A DNA stretch of 64,000 bases from Chrysomallon squamiferum (taxonomy: Eukaryota > Animalia > Mollusca), in assembly GCA_012295275.1 (NCBI GenBank), contig CM022666.1, positions 12,586,001 through 12,650,000 of the forward strand, read 5' to 3'. The notes under the pieces were generated by a model that saw nothing but the letters and a program-made list of their open reading frames with translations, was not told the DNA's origin and did no database searches. The first letter of the stretch is position 1. Each line of letters begins with the position of its first letter. The translations under genes were made by a program, and so were the position numbers. This document shows, in pieces, positions 11,081 to 25,301 of the stretch.

Positions 11081-12955
11081 CAAATTATTTGCTAGTGCTC
11101 ATGTGCTATGTCAGTAATAGAAATAAAAGTTATTATTTAATAGGAAATACAAATAATACTCCCAGTAGACACCTGATATATTGAAAACGTGTAATAATTC
11201 TTCTAAGAAAAATTCAAATCACAGGCCTGTAATTATATGGTACACATTGACAACTTCTTAATTGACAATTTCCAATTAAACAATTGTTTACAAGAAATTC
11301 AAATAACATACCACTAATCACCTAAAATCAACTTTTAAACTTTCAAATCCAAACAAAATAAAGTAAACTCTATTTTTTGGAAATTCAAAACGAAAGAAGA
11401 AATGGTTTTGGTTACCCACAGGAAAAATATAAGCTAAAGAGAAATAAAACAATCCTAATGGAAGTATGGAAATGTGGAAGTATACTAAATTACCTGGCTG
11501 TTTGTATACTGCACTTAGTTTACTTATTATTACAGACTATTCTTGATTTAATCTGCTTTTCATACTTTGTACTCAGAATACAATGCCAATCCAAATCTAA
11601 GAAGAATGTAAGTTGATATTTAAACAGATAAGTTAATGTGTGTCTGTTTTTATACCATTTTTTTTTTTTCGAAACTTCTGTCTGTTCTGCTGTCTGTAGT
11701 TGTGCCATTCTGATGTTTAGGTAATGACAAATGTCTGTTTTGAGGTATGTGCCTGAAAAAGTAAAACCTCAGCTAATTTAATTGTATATTTTTTTGTTAG
11801 TAACATTATTTACTATTATGTATGTATATCAATACCATTTATTGATGCAAATGAATGTTTGTTGACAAAAATATATTTCAGCTATTGGGATTTCAATTGT
11901 GCATGCAAGCATACAGACATACTGATAAATATGATGAAAGTCTAAAGAGGTTCGCCAAAATATAAATGTAAATTCTGAATTGAAAACAAATCGGTACCTA
12001 TTAAAATTATAACCTCATTATTGATAAATACAAATTCTGCTAAAATAGACCAAATATAAAATAAAAATGAAATATTTTATTTAAGAATATACACCACATG
12101 ATTCTCACTTAAACCAACTAAAAATCTGCTTTTAAGATACATCTTTCCACAGGAAAACATAGACATGATCTTAGATACATCAAGAATGGATCAGCGGCTA
12201 GATTGGTAAATAACTTTATTCATCCTCCATGCAAGTGTGATCCTAGAACCCAACAACCTTGGCTATGCACTCTAACCACTGAGCCATTCTATCCATCACT
12301 ATAAACTTAACAAAATGAATTAAGTAAATACTTATGAAGTAAACTTTCTTTTGTAAAGTTCTCTAGTACTGGTGAATCTCGACTCAGTTTTGTGAAAGCT
12401 ACATTTTGTTGCATTGCTAATGGGTACTTAGTGTTTTCTTACACTTGACCTCCCATAACCACAGCGAGATGCTGAATTAAAATTAACAAAAAGAATAATA
12501 AACCCTGCAATGTAAGCTTTCTGAAGAAATCAATCTTCATAAACTTTAACTGAGATGCACTCATTTAAATATTCCTTTAATATTAACTTTCTTTATTAGT
12601 AGCCTTCTGAAATACTGACCATTATATAAAGATGTTTCAAAATCAGAAATCATCTACTTTAAATAATAAAAATGTATTTACATAGGTAAAGGCATCTCTC
12701 AATATATACATTAAAATTGAATATTATAAATCCCTGTTTTTCCAATACAATTTTTCATTAATTTGTATAATAAAAGATATAATACAATTGTGGACTTTCT
12801 TTTACTCAAAGTCTGAACCATAACTTACTTTCTGCTTCCTGATCATTCAGAAGCTGTCCTGACTCTGAAAGTTTTATCATTTCAAACGAGAACAGCTCTG
12901 TGAGAAAGTCCATTAAGTTTTGTTGTATACTGCCTTGTGAGTACAGGAGATCCTC
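10131..12955 (-). pseudogene. CAMSAP: CAMSAP/Patronin partial duplicated (intron-containing) pseudogene
   Basis: Exon 12955-12829 (AG/GTAAGT) reads EDLLYSQGSIQQNLMDFLTELFSFEMIK, like the end of the CAMSAP CH domain. The exon from 12471 contains *VPISNATKCSF. About 10860-10770 reads SLDKLNHSLTELQGEIS*LSLQQKEI (CC2 coiled coil), and ~10378 reads KGFFVPFGDE...KPVL. Has in-frame stops and frameshifts. Matches are to recalled CAMSAP motifs. Confidence 0.8.
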
Positions 12956-13123
12956 CTAAGAGAAGTGGAAAAACGTGATGGGAAGATGCCATTTACAGAA
13001 TGGTTTGATGAGATTATATAAAAAAATAGCTATTCCTAACCCATCATTCAAACATATATCTAAAAAAATAAATAAAGAACAATGAGGCAATTAATATTTA
13101 ATAATACAGGGAAAGAGTTTAAG

Positions 13124-13193
<70 letters not shown>

Positions 13194-15068
13194 TTAGTTT
13201 ATCAAAATAATATATATGACAAGTCATCATATCTTACCACAAAGTCCACAAAGTGATTGCAGGATATGAGAGAGATCGGTGTGTGTGGTTGTAAAAAGCA
13301 GCATAAGCAACCATTATGCATTGTTAATTAAATTGTTCTCTCTTATGTATGCTTTAAATCTGCATATGAGATTGAATGAAACAAACACTTACACCAGAAT
13401 ACTACATATTTTACCAGTGCAAAGTTGTTTTATATTCCATAGTATAAATGTTATGTCAAACACACATACATATAAATACATGACTTGCATATCTACACAG
13501 ATATCACATATACACATATGTATACATACAAATAAAGATAAAAGTGATTTCAGATTGATTGTTTATTGACACAAACATACACATACACATACAAACACAT
13601 ACTGATATATATAATGTACAGATAGATATATTTTAAACTTACAGATGGGTGGGTTTATTTTCTGTTTTTTCTTTACTCAAGTATATTATGTATTATAAAT
13701 ATGATAGTGTATTTAAAATGAGGAGGGAACACAAGCTTTAAATTTCAGTCTTTTGTATTTACTGACTGAGTCAGATATCAAATGAACTGCCATTGCTCTC
13801 GACAATAACATAAATAGCTTGAACAGTTGCATGAAAATATTTTAGTCCGGTTGAAGACTTGGACACCGAATTTTATGTTAATGTCTTTGTTTTTTCTTTA
13901 AACCACCAGACCAAAGCAGTCTTGCTTCACAGGATCCCTTTTTTGGTGTTCAATATTGAAGACAGAATTGAAAGCGATGTAAAGATATCAGTGTGTGTGT
14001 GTGTGTGTGTGCGAGCGTGCGTGTGTGTGATCGTCTGTGTGTGTGTGTGTGTGTGTTTATTAAAAAACAACATAGGCATTGATTACACAAAGATTATTTT
14101 AGGACAATGTAATCGTATCAGGGGTTGGCAACTTTTCTCAGAGGGAGCCATTCAGCTGTGCAGTGTTCTGGAAGAGGGCCAAGATATCAAAGGTATTATA
14201 CATACATAATATTTTTTTAAAAATCTTCTTTCCTCCAGTTTGTTTACTTGTTTTATTCTCGACAAATGCCTGTATTTTAATAAAATTTTAGTTATTAAAA
14301 GCAACATAAGCATTCATTATACAATGGTTATTTTAGTACAATGTTATCATATATCACTGTTGTTCAGGCATCCGAGATCAGAAAACAGTTGAATAAAAAA
14401 GAACAGAACTTATTAGCTATAGCACCCAACAGCTGACAAGCCTTAATTTTGAATTAGTTATAAAAACTGTTAATCACATTTTCTTTATAAAAGACAAGAA
14501 GATTGGTTTTTCATTCTGTGTTACGTACAGTTGTACATGTATTGTGATTTAACTGTATTTCTTTAACGATTTTTACTGTTTTCTGGGTATTTTTCTTTGT
14601 AAAAAAAATTATAATGAAAAACACGAGAAAATACAGGGTATCAAGGGAGTAACAACCATTTCTGTCTGAAATTTGTTTCATGACAAACAAAATAAAATGT
14701 TGATGGTAGAATGATAGTGAAGAAAATTAAATTATATATAGTTTTTTATCTTTCATACGTGTCAGATACATTCACGTACAGACATACATATCTATTCATT
14801 GTGGAAACATGCAAAACACACACACACACATAAATGCTTACACAGATATATTTGAAACTTACAGATGGGTGGGTTTATCGTCAATATGTTTTCTTTAGTC
14901 AACTATATATTACGTATTATAGATATGATGGTATCTTTAAAATACAGTACAGATACAAGTAATGATATTTGCCGAGGGCTTGTATATCGAGTTGAATTTA
15001 CTGATTGAGTCACAGATATCAAATGAACTGACACGCTGATCTCGACAGCTTGAACAGTAGCTGATTTA

Positions 15069-15140
15069 TCAGGTGTCGGAAACCCTTGGCCTGCGGGGTA
15101 CATCTGGCACGCGATGGATTTTAGTCCGGTCCTCCAGCTA
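15069..15140 (+). mobile_element. Degenerate hAT/Charlie-like MITE end (also ~16509, 18014, 22785, 29795; related ends at ~14118, 19153, 19375)
   Basis: CAGGTGTCGGAAACCCTTGGCCTGCGGGGTACATCTGGCACGCG resembles the CAGGGGTCGGCAACC..GGCCCGCGGGCC.CATCCGGCCCGC hAT-type terminus. No paired end or TSD identified. Confidence 0.4.
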
Positions 15141-15247
15141 AACACTTGGAAACCAGTTATTACCGTAACTTCATTGTTTTTTTTCTGTAAACCTCCAGAC
15201 CAAAGCAGCCTTGCTTCCTAGCATCCCTTTTGGGGCTCAATACTGAA

Positions 15248-15378
<131 letters not shown>

Positions 15379-15632
15379 TTTCATGGAAACGTTGTATTGG
15401 GTTTCGTAGAAAACAAAGGAAATTGTCCCCATTGAGCCCTTCTGCTTTAGATACCCATGACTGCTACTGTACATTTTTTCTTACACTTCTTGTCATACGC
15501 TAATATGAAGCAAACCACAGGTTGTGTTTTTATCCACTTTATTTATGCATTAGCTAATTCATGTCTGTTTTATTTATTTATTTACTAACAACTACAGGAA
15601 TAATAATAAAATAAATAATACTCATCATTTTT

Positions 15633-16228
15633 TTAAATTGTTTTTATTGTCGTAGCTGAACTTAGAATGTGTGGGTCCATGCCACAGCTCATTTCCATAT
15701 CTTCTTCAGTCCAAGGACAGTCAGATGCCCACACGACTGTCTTGCAGAACTCGGCCACTCCTTTCAACTTCAATTGTTTGGCTTTGACTGGATCGTGACA
15801 CGACCCTGGAAATAATCCAGGTCCGCTCACTTCTTTATCCTTCATCTCTGTAGAGAATAGATCATAGTAGTAGTAGTGGTGGTAACAGTAGCGGTAGAAA
15901 TGAATAAATAGCAGTAGTAGTGTTACTAGTAGTAGAAATAGTGATAGCAGCAGTTGCAGTAGAGCTGTACTAGGAGTGGTAGTGGCAATAGTAGTAACAA
16001 CAGAAGTAGCACTTGTAGTAGTAGTAGTAACAGTAATAATGGTATTGGTAGCAGCTTGAAAGTATATAGAACATATTTAGAATATTTCTCTTGTTACTAT
16101 AAAACAAGTGTCAACTCACGGGTACAATCACCGGCGTTTGGATGACTCCAAACAAACTTTAGATATGGACATTTTACCATACCTAACGGACCTATGTCTG
16201 TTTCTTCCATATCATATTTTTCGTACAT
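15633..16228 (-). CDS. Two-exon 3' fragment of an unknown Cys-rich protein, copy 1 (exons 16228-16120 and 15847-15633)
   Basis: A GTGAGT donor and TTCTCTACAG acceptor join in phase 1 to give MYEKYDMEETDIGPLGMVKCPYLKFVWSHPNAGDCTQMKDKEVSGPGLFPGSCHDPVKAKQLKLKGVAEFCKTVVWASDCPWTEEDMEMSCGMDPHILSSATTIKTI*. The 5' end coincides with the repeat-unit junction. Confidence 0.6.
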
Positions 16229-16687
16229 ATCTATTCATTGTGGAAACATGCAAAACACACACACACACATAAATGCTTACACAGATATATTTGAAACTAA
16301 CAGATGGGTGGGTTTATCGTCAATATGTTTTCTTTAGTCAACTATATATTACGTATTATAGATATGATGGTATCTTTAAAATACAGTACAGATACAAGTA
16401 ATGATATTTGCCGAGGGCTTGTATATCGAGTTGAATTTACTGATTGAGTCACAGATATCAAATGAACTGACACGCTGATCTCGACAGCTTGAACAGTAGC
16501 TGATTTATCAGGTGTCGGAAACCCTTGGCCTGCGGGGTACATCCGGCACGCGATGGATTTTAGACCGGTCCTCCAGCTAAACACTTGGAAACCAGTTATT
16601 ACCGTAACTTCATTGTTTTTTTTCTGTAAACCTCCAGACCAAAGCAGCCTTGCTTCCTAGCATCCCTTTTTGGGGCTCAATACTGAA

Positions 16688-16882
<195 letters not shown>

Positions 16883-17128
16883 TTTCATGGAAACGTTGTA
16901 TTGGGTTTCGTAGAAAACAAAGGAAATTGTCCCCATTGAGCCCTTCTGCTTTAGATACCCATGACTGCTACTGTACATTTTTTCTTACACTTCTTGTCAT
17001 ACGCTAATATGAAGCAAACCACAGGTTGTGTTTTTATCCACTTTATTTATGCATTAGCTAATTCATGTCTGTTTTATTTATTTATTTACTAACAACTACA
17101 GGAATAATAATAAAATAAATAATACTCA

Positions 17129-17733
17129 TCATTTTTTTAAATTGTTTTTTGTTGTCGTAGCTGAACTTAGAATGTGTGGGTCCATGCCACAGCTCATTTC
17201 CATATCTTCTACAGTCCAAGGACAGTCAGATGCCCACACGACTGTCTTGCAGAACTCGGCCACTCCTTTCAACTTCAATTGTTTGGCTTTGACTGGATCG
17301 TGACACGACCCTGGAAATAATCCAGGTCCGCTCACTTCTTTATCCTTCATCTCTGTAGAGAATAGATCATAGTAGTAGTAGTGGTGGTAACAGTAGCGGT
17401 AGAAATGAATAAATAGCAGTAGTAGTGTTACTAGTAGCAGAAATAGTGATAGCAGCAGTTGCAATAGAGCTGTACTAGGAGTGGTAGTGGCAATAGTAGT
17501 AACAACAGAAGTAGCACTTGTAGTAGTAGTAGTAACAGTAATAATGGTATTGGTAGCAGCTTGAAAGTATATAGAACATATTTAGAATATTTCTCTTGTT
17601 ACTATAAAACAAGTGTCAACTCACGGGTACAATCACCGGCGTTTGGATGACTCCAGACAAACTTTAGATATGGACATTTTACCATACCTAACGGACCTAT
17701 GTCTGTTTCTTCCATATCATATTTTTCGTACAT
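17129..17733 (-). CDS. Two-exon Cys-rich gene fragment, copy 2 (exons 17733-17625 and 17352-17129)
   Basis: Near-identical to 15633-16228, with an E>V change and a C-terminal A-run frameshift (TTTKNNLKK*). Confidence 0.55.
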
Positions 17734-18192
17734 ATCTATTCATTGTGGAAACATGCAAAACACACACACACACATAAATGCTTACACAGATATATTTGAA
17801 ACTTACAGATGGGTGGGTTTATCGTCAATATGTTTTCTTTAGTCAACTATATATTACGTATTATAGATATGATGGTATCTTTAAAATACAGTACAGATAC
17901 AAGTAATGATATTTGCCGAGGGCTTGTATATCGAGTTGAATTTACTGATTGAGTCACAGATATCAAATGAACTGACACGCTGATCTCGACAGCTTGAACA
18001 GTAGCTGATTTATCAGGTGTCGGAAACCCTTGGCCTGCAGGGTACATCCGGCACGCGATGGATTTTAGACCGGTCCTCCAGCTAAACACTTGGAAACCAG
18101 TTATTATCTTAACTTCATTGTTTTTTTTCTGTAAACCTCCAGACCAAAGCAGGCATGCTTCCTAGCATCCCTTTTTGGGGCTCAATACTGAA

Positions 18193-18310
<118 letters not shown>

Positions 18311-18959
18311 CGGTGTAAGTGTATTTATAATGGTTTCGGTATTCAGCTATTTCGTGTTCTCAGATGTGTAAATAAAATTGATTCATACATAATTAAGCAT
18401 AATGGCTGTATAGACAGGTAACAGTAAATAAATGCATTAGTTAAATTGCGTATATATTGTTTCAGTGCATATTGCGTTTATGACTGTACATGTAGTTACT
18501 AACGTTTTGTAATATTAGATCAATAAAGTACATATTGCGCGTGATCCTGTGGCACCAACGACATGTAATAAATAGCATTTTATAAAAAACATAGTTTAAA
18601 GTAATTTACTTAAATACAAAAACGAAAGAGAGATGGGCCGAGTTCCGAAGTGTTTATTGCTGGTCAGCCAGGTGCGTTGTAGCTGGTCTGTGCGTTATTT
18701 TACAGCACTCGGCTCATATCATTATGTATTAATGTATTTAGGTATTTTAATTAATTATGTGTCTGTTGTTAGATTGGATGGATTGTAACTTGACGACTTT
18801 GGATTGATAACTTTTGTTGCTATAGTTAAATATATTTTATTTTAATCTGCTGATGGCATGTCCAGGCGAGGCGTTTTACCCCACTATGATATTATTTCTA
18901 TTTCCCTCATTTCGTTTTCTTTCACGTTTTATTATTATTATTACTATTATTGTTATTAC

Positions 18960-19005
<46 letters not shown>

Positions 19006-20481
19006 TAAATCTTTTCAAATATTTGTTTCTTTCCTTTAGTTTGTTTACTGTTTTATTCATGAGAAATGCTTCTATTCAAATAAAGTTTCAGTTATTAAAA
19101 GCAACATAAGCATTCATCTTACAATGGTAGTTTATTGCAATGTAGTCATATCAGGGGACGGCAACCTTTTGTAGAGAGAGAGTCATTCAGCTGTGCGGTG
19201 TTCTGGAAGACGGCCAAGACATCAAATGTATTATACATATAATATTAAAATATTATTTTCCTTCTTTCAGTTTGTCATTCTCGACAAATGTTTGTATTGT
19301 TATAAAGTTTTAGTTATTAAAAACAACATAAGCATTCATTGCACAATGATTATTTTAGGACAATGTAATCCTATCTGGGGTTGGGAACTTTTCTCAGTGG
19401 GAGCCATTCAGCTATGCAGTGTTCTGGAGGAGGACCAAGATACTAAAATGTATTATACATATAGGTCGAGCTCTGTGATATGAAATCAGCACAGCCTAGC
19501 CGATAAAAATTACTTTTGTCTCTCGCTAATGATTGTTAATTGCAAAGCGATTTCATTAATTGGATTACTTCTAACTATCGGTACATATTTACTTACTTTA
19601 ATGATGCATACAGGTTAATTACGAGATGTTAGACAGTATTAAAGTAAGCTATATATGTAAATAATAAATGTTACATTTTCAAAAACTGTACTTTAATAGC
19701 ACAACAGTATAAGACATTATAGTGAGTAAAAAAATAGCCAGTAACGAATTCTACAAGTAGGTTTAACCTAAATTGCAACCCGCGGTTCAATAAGGATATT
19801 AGGATCAATTTTCAAACTTAAACAGAAAAACCTGTAGATGCTACTTTGGCGTGTGATCTACGTGATTCTGTGGTCTACACTGAGAAAATTCTATGTGCTT
19901 TTTTCAATTATTATTTTTTTATTATATATTTATAATTTATCGTTGAATTGAGCTTAAAAGGTGAATAAGTGCTATAAACTAACATTTCCTGTCAAATTTA
20001 AAGGACTATACAATCTTATAAACTGACATTTCCTATATCGTCGCCATTTAAGTTGTAAATGACACGCCAAAGCAGCACCAAACAGTACATCTAAATATCC
20101 TGTTAAAACTTTCCACGGCCTGTTAGGGAATGGTTAAGGGCTCTACTGCGTGAGATCAAAACGGTTTACCAACATAATTCATCATGTGGATCTAAATATA
20201 ATAGATTACAAACAACAATTTTTTTTTAAATTTTATTTTGTTTGGTGAAAACAAAATTACAAATGAAAAATAAACGATTACATTATCTAAGTTTTGTTTG
20301 GAAACAGATTTTAATACAAGATCAGTCAACAAACTCTTATCACAACAAGATAAGACCTTGTGGTCTTGTATCTGTTTCTCTGTTTCCGTATATATAAGTA
20401 TGTAAGTATATATTCTAAGGATGTCTTTGTAGATTATATTATTATTAAAAAGTCTGTTAAGTCCTGTTTTCAAAGTACTAT

Positions 20482-20913
20482 TTACCAAGCCACATTTACA
20501 CCTAAAAAATGACCCGTTGGATCAGCCATTATGTGATGAAAATGAGAGGTTTTCACGTACACCAAGTCACCAGCATTTAGAGTGAATGTTCCGATCAGAT
20601 AACTTGGGTATTCGTCATGCGTCTTGTCGAAGGCAGTGTCGCACTCAGTGAGTTCGTTGCTAAGCAACACCTTATCTTCAGCCCTTTTTGCATTGTATAT
20701 CATCACCTGATGTTTCCAGATTTGGTTCTTACCGTAACGTATGTCTTTCAGTTTTTGTCAGTCAAAGACCATCTGGCTGTAGACTCGATACATTCCGTGT
20801 GTTGGTATGGTTATTTTACCATATTCGTATTTCATCCAGTTCCGAACAATACTGCGTTTCAACTGGTCTTCACTGTTCCAGTTTCGAATCGTCCGAACTG
20901 ATGTGTCATTTGC

Positions 20914-20967
<54 letters not shown>

Positions 20968-21601
20968 GTAATATAATATAATAATAATAATAATTGATGA
21001 TAATGATAATGATTATGATAATAGTAATAATGATAACCATAGTAATAATAAAAACAATACTAATAATAATGATAATAGTGATGAAAATAATGATAATGAT
21101 AACAATAATAAGAAATAATAACACAGTATCAATAATAATAACAACAATAATAAAGACATAATGATGATAATAGTAATAATGATAATAATGTCAAAAACAT
21201 CAACAATACACATACATACATGTACATAAACGTAACCATAAACATACACAGAAACACAAACATATGTACACGTCACCTCCAGAGTGCAGGTGAATGGGTG
21301 TCGTATATTTAAGACTCATCACTGGTGCTTTGTGAGGTGTGACAGGACTTTGTCATCCTCTACCAGAGCTTTTCTCACTATTGTCTAAGTGCAGAGTCAC
21401 ATGTACACAAGACAGAGAACAGTCATTCATAAATACATACAAATATACATACTGTTGTATACAATTGTAAATCAGCTTACCAGAATAAAACAACCACTTA
21501 GTCCAGAAAATTACACTGCCAATATGGCACCTAAAACTGGTGCAAAGTTATTAATACCCCATAATATATAGTGTAACACACACCCACACCCACAGTATAA
21601 C

Positions 21602-21640
<39 letters not shown>

Positions 21641-21839
21641 AACTAACACACACCCACACCCACACAAACACACAGTATAACTAACACACACACACACACA
21701 CACAGTATAACACACACACACACAGTATAACTAACACACACACACAGTATAACTAACACACACACACACACTACACTCTACACTGCCAATATGGCACCTA
21801 AAACTGGTGCAAAGTTATTAATATCCCATAATATGTAGT

Positions 21840-21880
<41 letters not shown>

Positions 21881-22390
21881 ACACATAGAATAACTAACAC
21901 ACACACACAAAACACAGGCACACAGTATAACTAACACACACACACACAGTATAACTAACACACACACACATAAACACAGACACACAGTATAACTAACACA
22001 CACACACAAACACAGGCACACAGTATAACTATCACACACACACAAAACACAGACACACAGTATAACTAACACACACACACAAACACAGGCACACAGTATA
22101 ACTATCACACACACGCACACACACACTACACTGCCAATATGGCATTCACACTGGTGCAGTTATTAATATACCATAATATACAGTGTCTCACAAATACACA
22201 CACACACACACACACACACACAGATACATATAAACACATTTGTACATACAAATAAAGATACAAGTGATCTGAGATTGAAGGGTTCAGAAAAAAAAAAAAA
22301 AGAAGAATAACAAAAAACACCTACTGTAATCTGTATCTTCCAGTCCTTGTAGATGAACCATTGGTTTAAACAGACTCAACTGATGAAGAG
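20482..22390 (-). pseudogene. TNF ligand copy 2 (exons 22390-22325 and 20912-20482) with a premature stop; 5' part lost in the gap
   Basis: Colinear with copy 1, but TGA at 20760-20758 replaces TGG (FDW>FD*) in the middle of the THD. Splice sites are intact. Confidence 0.85.
21570..22130. repeat. Intronic minisatellite, CACAGTATAACTAA(CA)n units
   Basis: More than ten copies of AGTATAACTA(A/T) separated by CA runs. The corresponding intron of copy 1 (~1775-1830) has only one or two units. Confidence 0.85.
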
Positions 22391-22525
22391 CTAAAACATA
22401 AATAAAAATGACTTTAATATTTTAACTAATGTTTGAACTTTGATTCTTCTTTCTCTTATTAGTATTAGTAGTGATTACTAGTACTAGTACTAGTAGCAGC
22501 AGCATTAGTAGAGATAGTAGTAGTA

Positions 22526-22725
22526 NNNNNNNNNNNNNNNNNNNNNNNNNNNNNNNNNNNNNNNNNNNNNNNNNNNNNNNNNNNNNNNNNNNNNNNNNNN
22601 NNNNNNNNNNNNNNNNNNNNNNNNNNNNNNNNNNNNNNNNNNNNNNNNNNNNNNNNNNNNNNNNNNNNNNNNNNNNNNNNNNNNNNNNNNNNNNNNNNNN
22701 NNNNNNNNNNNNNNNNNNNNNNNNN
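22526..22725. other. Assembly gap (200 N)
   Basis: Run of exactly 200 N. Confidence 1.
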
Positions 22726-24884
22726 CACAGATATCAAATGAACTGACACGCTAATCTCGACAGCTTGAACAGTAGCTGATTTATCAGGTATCGGAAACCC
22801 TTGGCCTGCAGGGTACACCCGGCACGCGATGGATTTTAGTCCGGTCCTCCAGCTAAACACTTGGAAACCAGTTATTACCGTAACTTCATTGTTTTTTTCT
22901 TTAAATCTCCCTTTTTGGAGCTCAATACTGAAGATGAGAGAGAGAGAGAGAGCTCGTTGTAGCTCGATGTAAGTATATATATAATGGTTTCGGTATTCAG
23001 CTATTTCGTGATCTCGGATGTGTACATAAAATCGATTCATACATAATAAAGCATAATGGCTGTATACACAGGTAACAGTAAACAACTGCATTAGTTAAAT
23101 TGTGTATATATTGTTTCAGTGCATATTGCGTTTATGACTGTACATGTAGTTACTAACGTTTTGTAATATTAGATCAATAAAGTACATATTGCGCGTGATC
23201 CTGTGGCACCAACGACATGTAATAAATAGCATTTTATAAGAAACATAGTTTAAAGGTACTTACCTAAATACAAAAACGAAAGAGAGATGAGCCGAGCTCC
23301 GAAGTGTTTATTCCTGGTCAGCCAGGTGCGTTGTAGCTGGTCTGTGCGTTATTTTACAGCACTCGGCTCATATCGTTACGTATTAATGTATTTAGGTATT
23401 TTAGTTGTTGTCAAGATTATTGCCGTAATCAATTTACTCAGGATAAGACATCTTTTTCTACATATGTCCTTAATCGGTGCCTACCCATTAATTGGAGCCG
23501 GCTCATATCATTATGTATTTTAATTAATTATATGTCTGTTGTCAGATTGGATGGATTGTAACTTGATGACTTTGGTTGCTTTATAACTTTGGTTGCTATA
23601 GTTAAATATATTTTATTTTAATTTGTTGATGGCATGTCCAGGCGAGGCGTTTTTCTCACTATGATATTATTTCTATTTCCCTCGTTTCGTTTTCTTTCAC
23701 ATTTTATTATTATTATTACTATTATTGTTATTATTATTATTATTATTATTTAAATCTTTTCAAATATTTGTTTCCTTCCTTCAGTTTGTAAGCATTCATC
23801 TTACAATGCTAGTTTATTGCAATGTTATCATATCAGGTGTCCGCAACGTTTTGCAGAGAGGGGGCCATTCAGCTGTGCGGTGTTCTGGAAGACTGCCAAG
23901 ACATCAAATGTATTATACATATAATATTAAAATATTATTTTCCTTCTTTCAGTTTGTCATTCTCGACAAATGTTTGTATTGTTATAAAGTTTTAGTTATT
24001 AAAAACAACATAAGCATTGATTACACAATGATTATTTTAGGACAATGTAATCGTATCTGGGGTTGGCAACCTTTCTCAGTGGGAGCCATTCAGCTATGCA
24101 GTGTTCTGGAGGAGGACCAAGATACTAAAGTGTATTATACATATAGGTCGACCACTGTGATATGAAATCAGCACAGCCTAGCCGATAAAAATTACTTTTG
24201 TCTCTCGCTAATGACTGTTAATTGCCAAGCGATTTCATTAATTGGATTACTGCTAAGTAACGGTACGTATTTACTTACTTTAATGATACATACTGGTTAA
24301 TCACGAGATGTTAGACTGTATTAAAGTAAGCTATTTAGGTAAATAATCAATGTTACATTTTCAAAAACTGTACTTTAATAGCACAACAGTATAAGACATT
24401 ATAATAAGTAAAAAAATAGCTACAAACGAATTCTACAAGTAGGTTTAACCTAAATTGTAACCCGCGGTTTAATAAGGAAATTAGGACCAATTTTCTAACT
24501 TAAACAGAGAAAACAGTAGGTGCTACTTTTGCGTGTGATCTACGTGATGATGTGGTCTACACTGAGAAATTCTATGCGATTTTTTTAATTATTATTTTTT
24601 TATTCTTGTTTTTTAAAATTTTTTTATTCTTATTATATATTTATAATTTATCGTTGAATTGAGCTTAAAAGGTGAATAAGTTTGCTATAAACTAACATTT
24701 CCTGTTAAATTTAAAGGCCTCTTAGGGAATGATTAAATTAAGTAAGTTTTGTATGGAAACAGATTTTAATACAAGATCAGTCAAGGGAGAATCAGGATAA
24801 GTATATAAGTATATATTGTAAGGATGTCTTTGTAGATTATATTATTATTAAAAAGTCTGTTAAGTCCTGTTTTCAAAGTACTAT

Positions 24885-25301
24885 TTACCAAGCCACATTT
24901 ACACCTAAAAAATGGCGATTATCAACATCTTGAACACCAGCTGAGTGATTTCCAGCCTCATGTATATCAGAAACACGATTCAAAACGTACACGTCTTTCT
25001 TTCCACGATGTTTCTCTGTTACGCAGTTAACAAAGCTGCGCTGCTCTGTAGATTTTTGTTTGTTCAAATTAGCGTTGTCTGAATTAGACGTTACAAACTG
25101 CCCAATACGAGATCTGTGTCTGTTGATAGACATCTCCAAATAGTCAGATTCTGATTTAGTTCTCTTCATTATACCGAGGTGTCGTCTTCTAAAGGAAATG
25201 CCTAGAATTACCGTTAAAACAACAGCTATGGTTACATAAGGAATCCACAACAAGTCAGCGCTTGTAGACATCTCCATGGCTGGCAGTGTAATGTTCTCCA
25301 T
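24885..25301 (-). CDS. Chimeric single-pass membrane protein ORF (138 aa): unknown TM gene fused in frame to the TNF C-terminal HFLGVNVAW and 3' flank
   Basis: Begins MENITL...LLWIPYVTIAVVLTVILGISFRRRH. The middle matches the ORF at 52059-52456 up to QDVDNR, then switches to the TNF tail at ~24916. Confidence 0.7.
   Translation of the reverse strand: MENITLPAMEMSTSADLLWIPYVTIAVVLTVILGISFRRRHLGIMKRTKSESDYLEMSINRHRSRIGQFVTSNSDNANLNKQKSTEQRSFVNCVTEKHRGKKDVYVLNRVSDIHEAGNHSAGVQDVDNRHFLGVNVAW

Noticed and set aside
23725-24165. 146-168 aa plus-strand ORFs repeated at 19193, 23725 and 30885
   Set aside because: They begin in microsatellite, consist of duplicated MITE-like pieces, vary by indels among copies, and show no recognisable domain.
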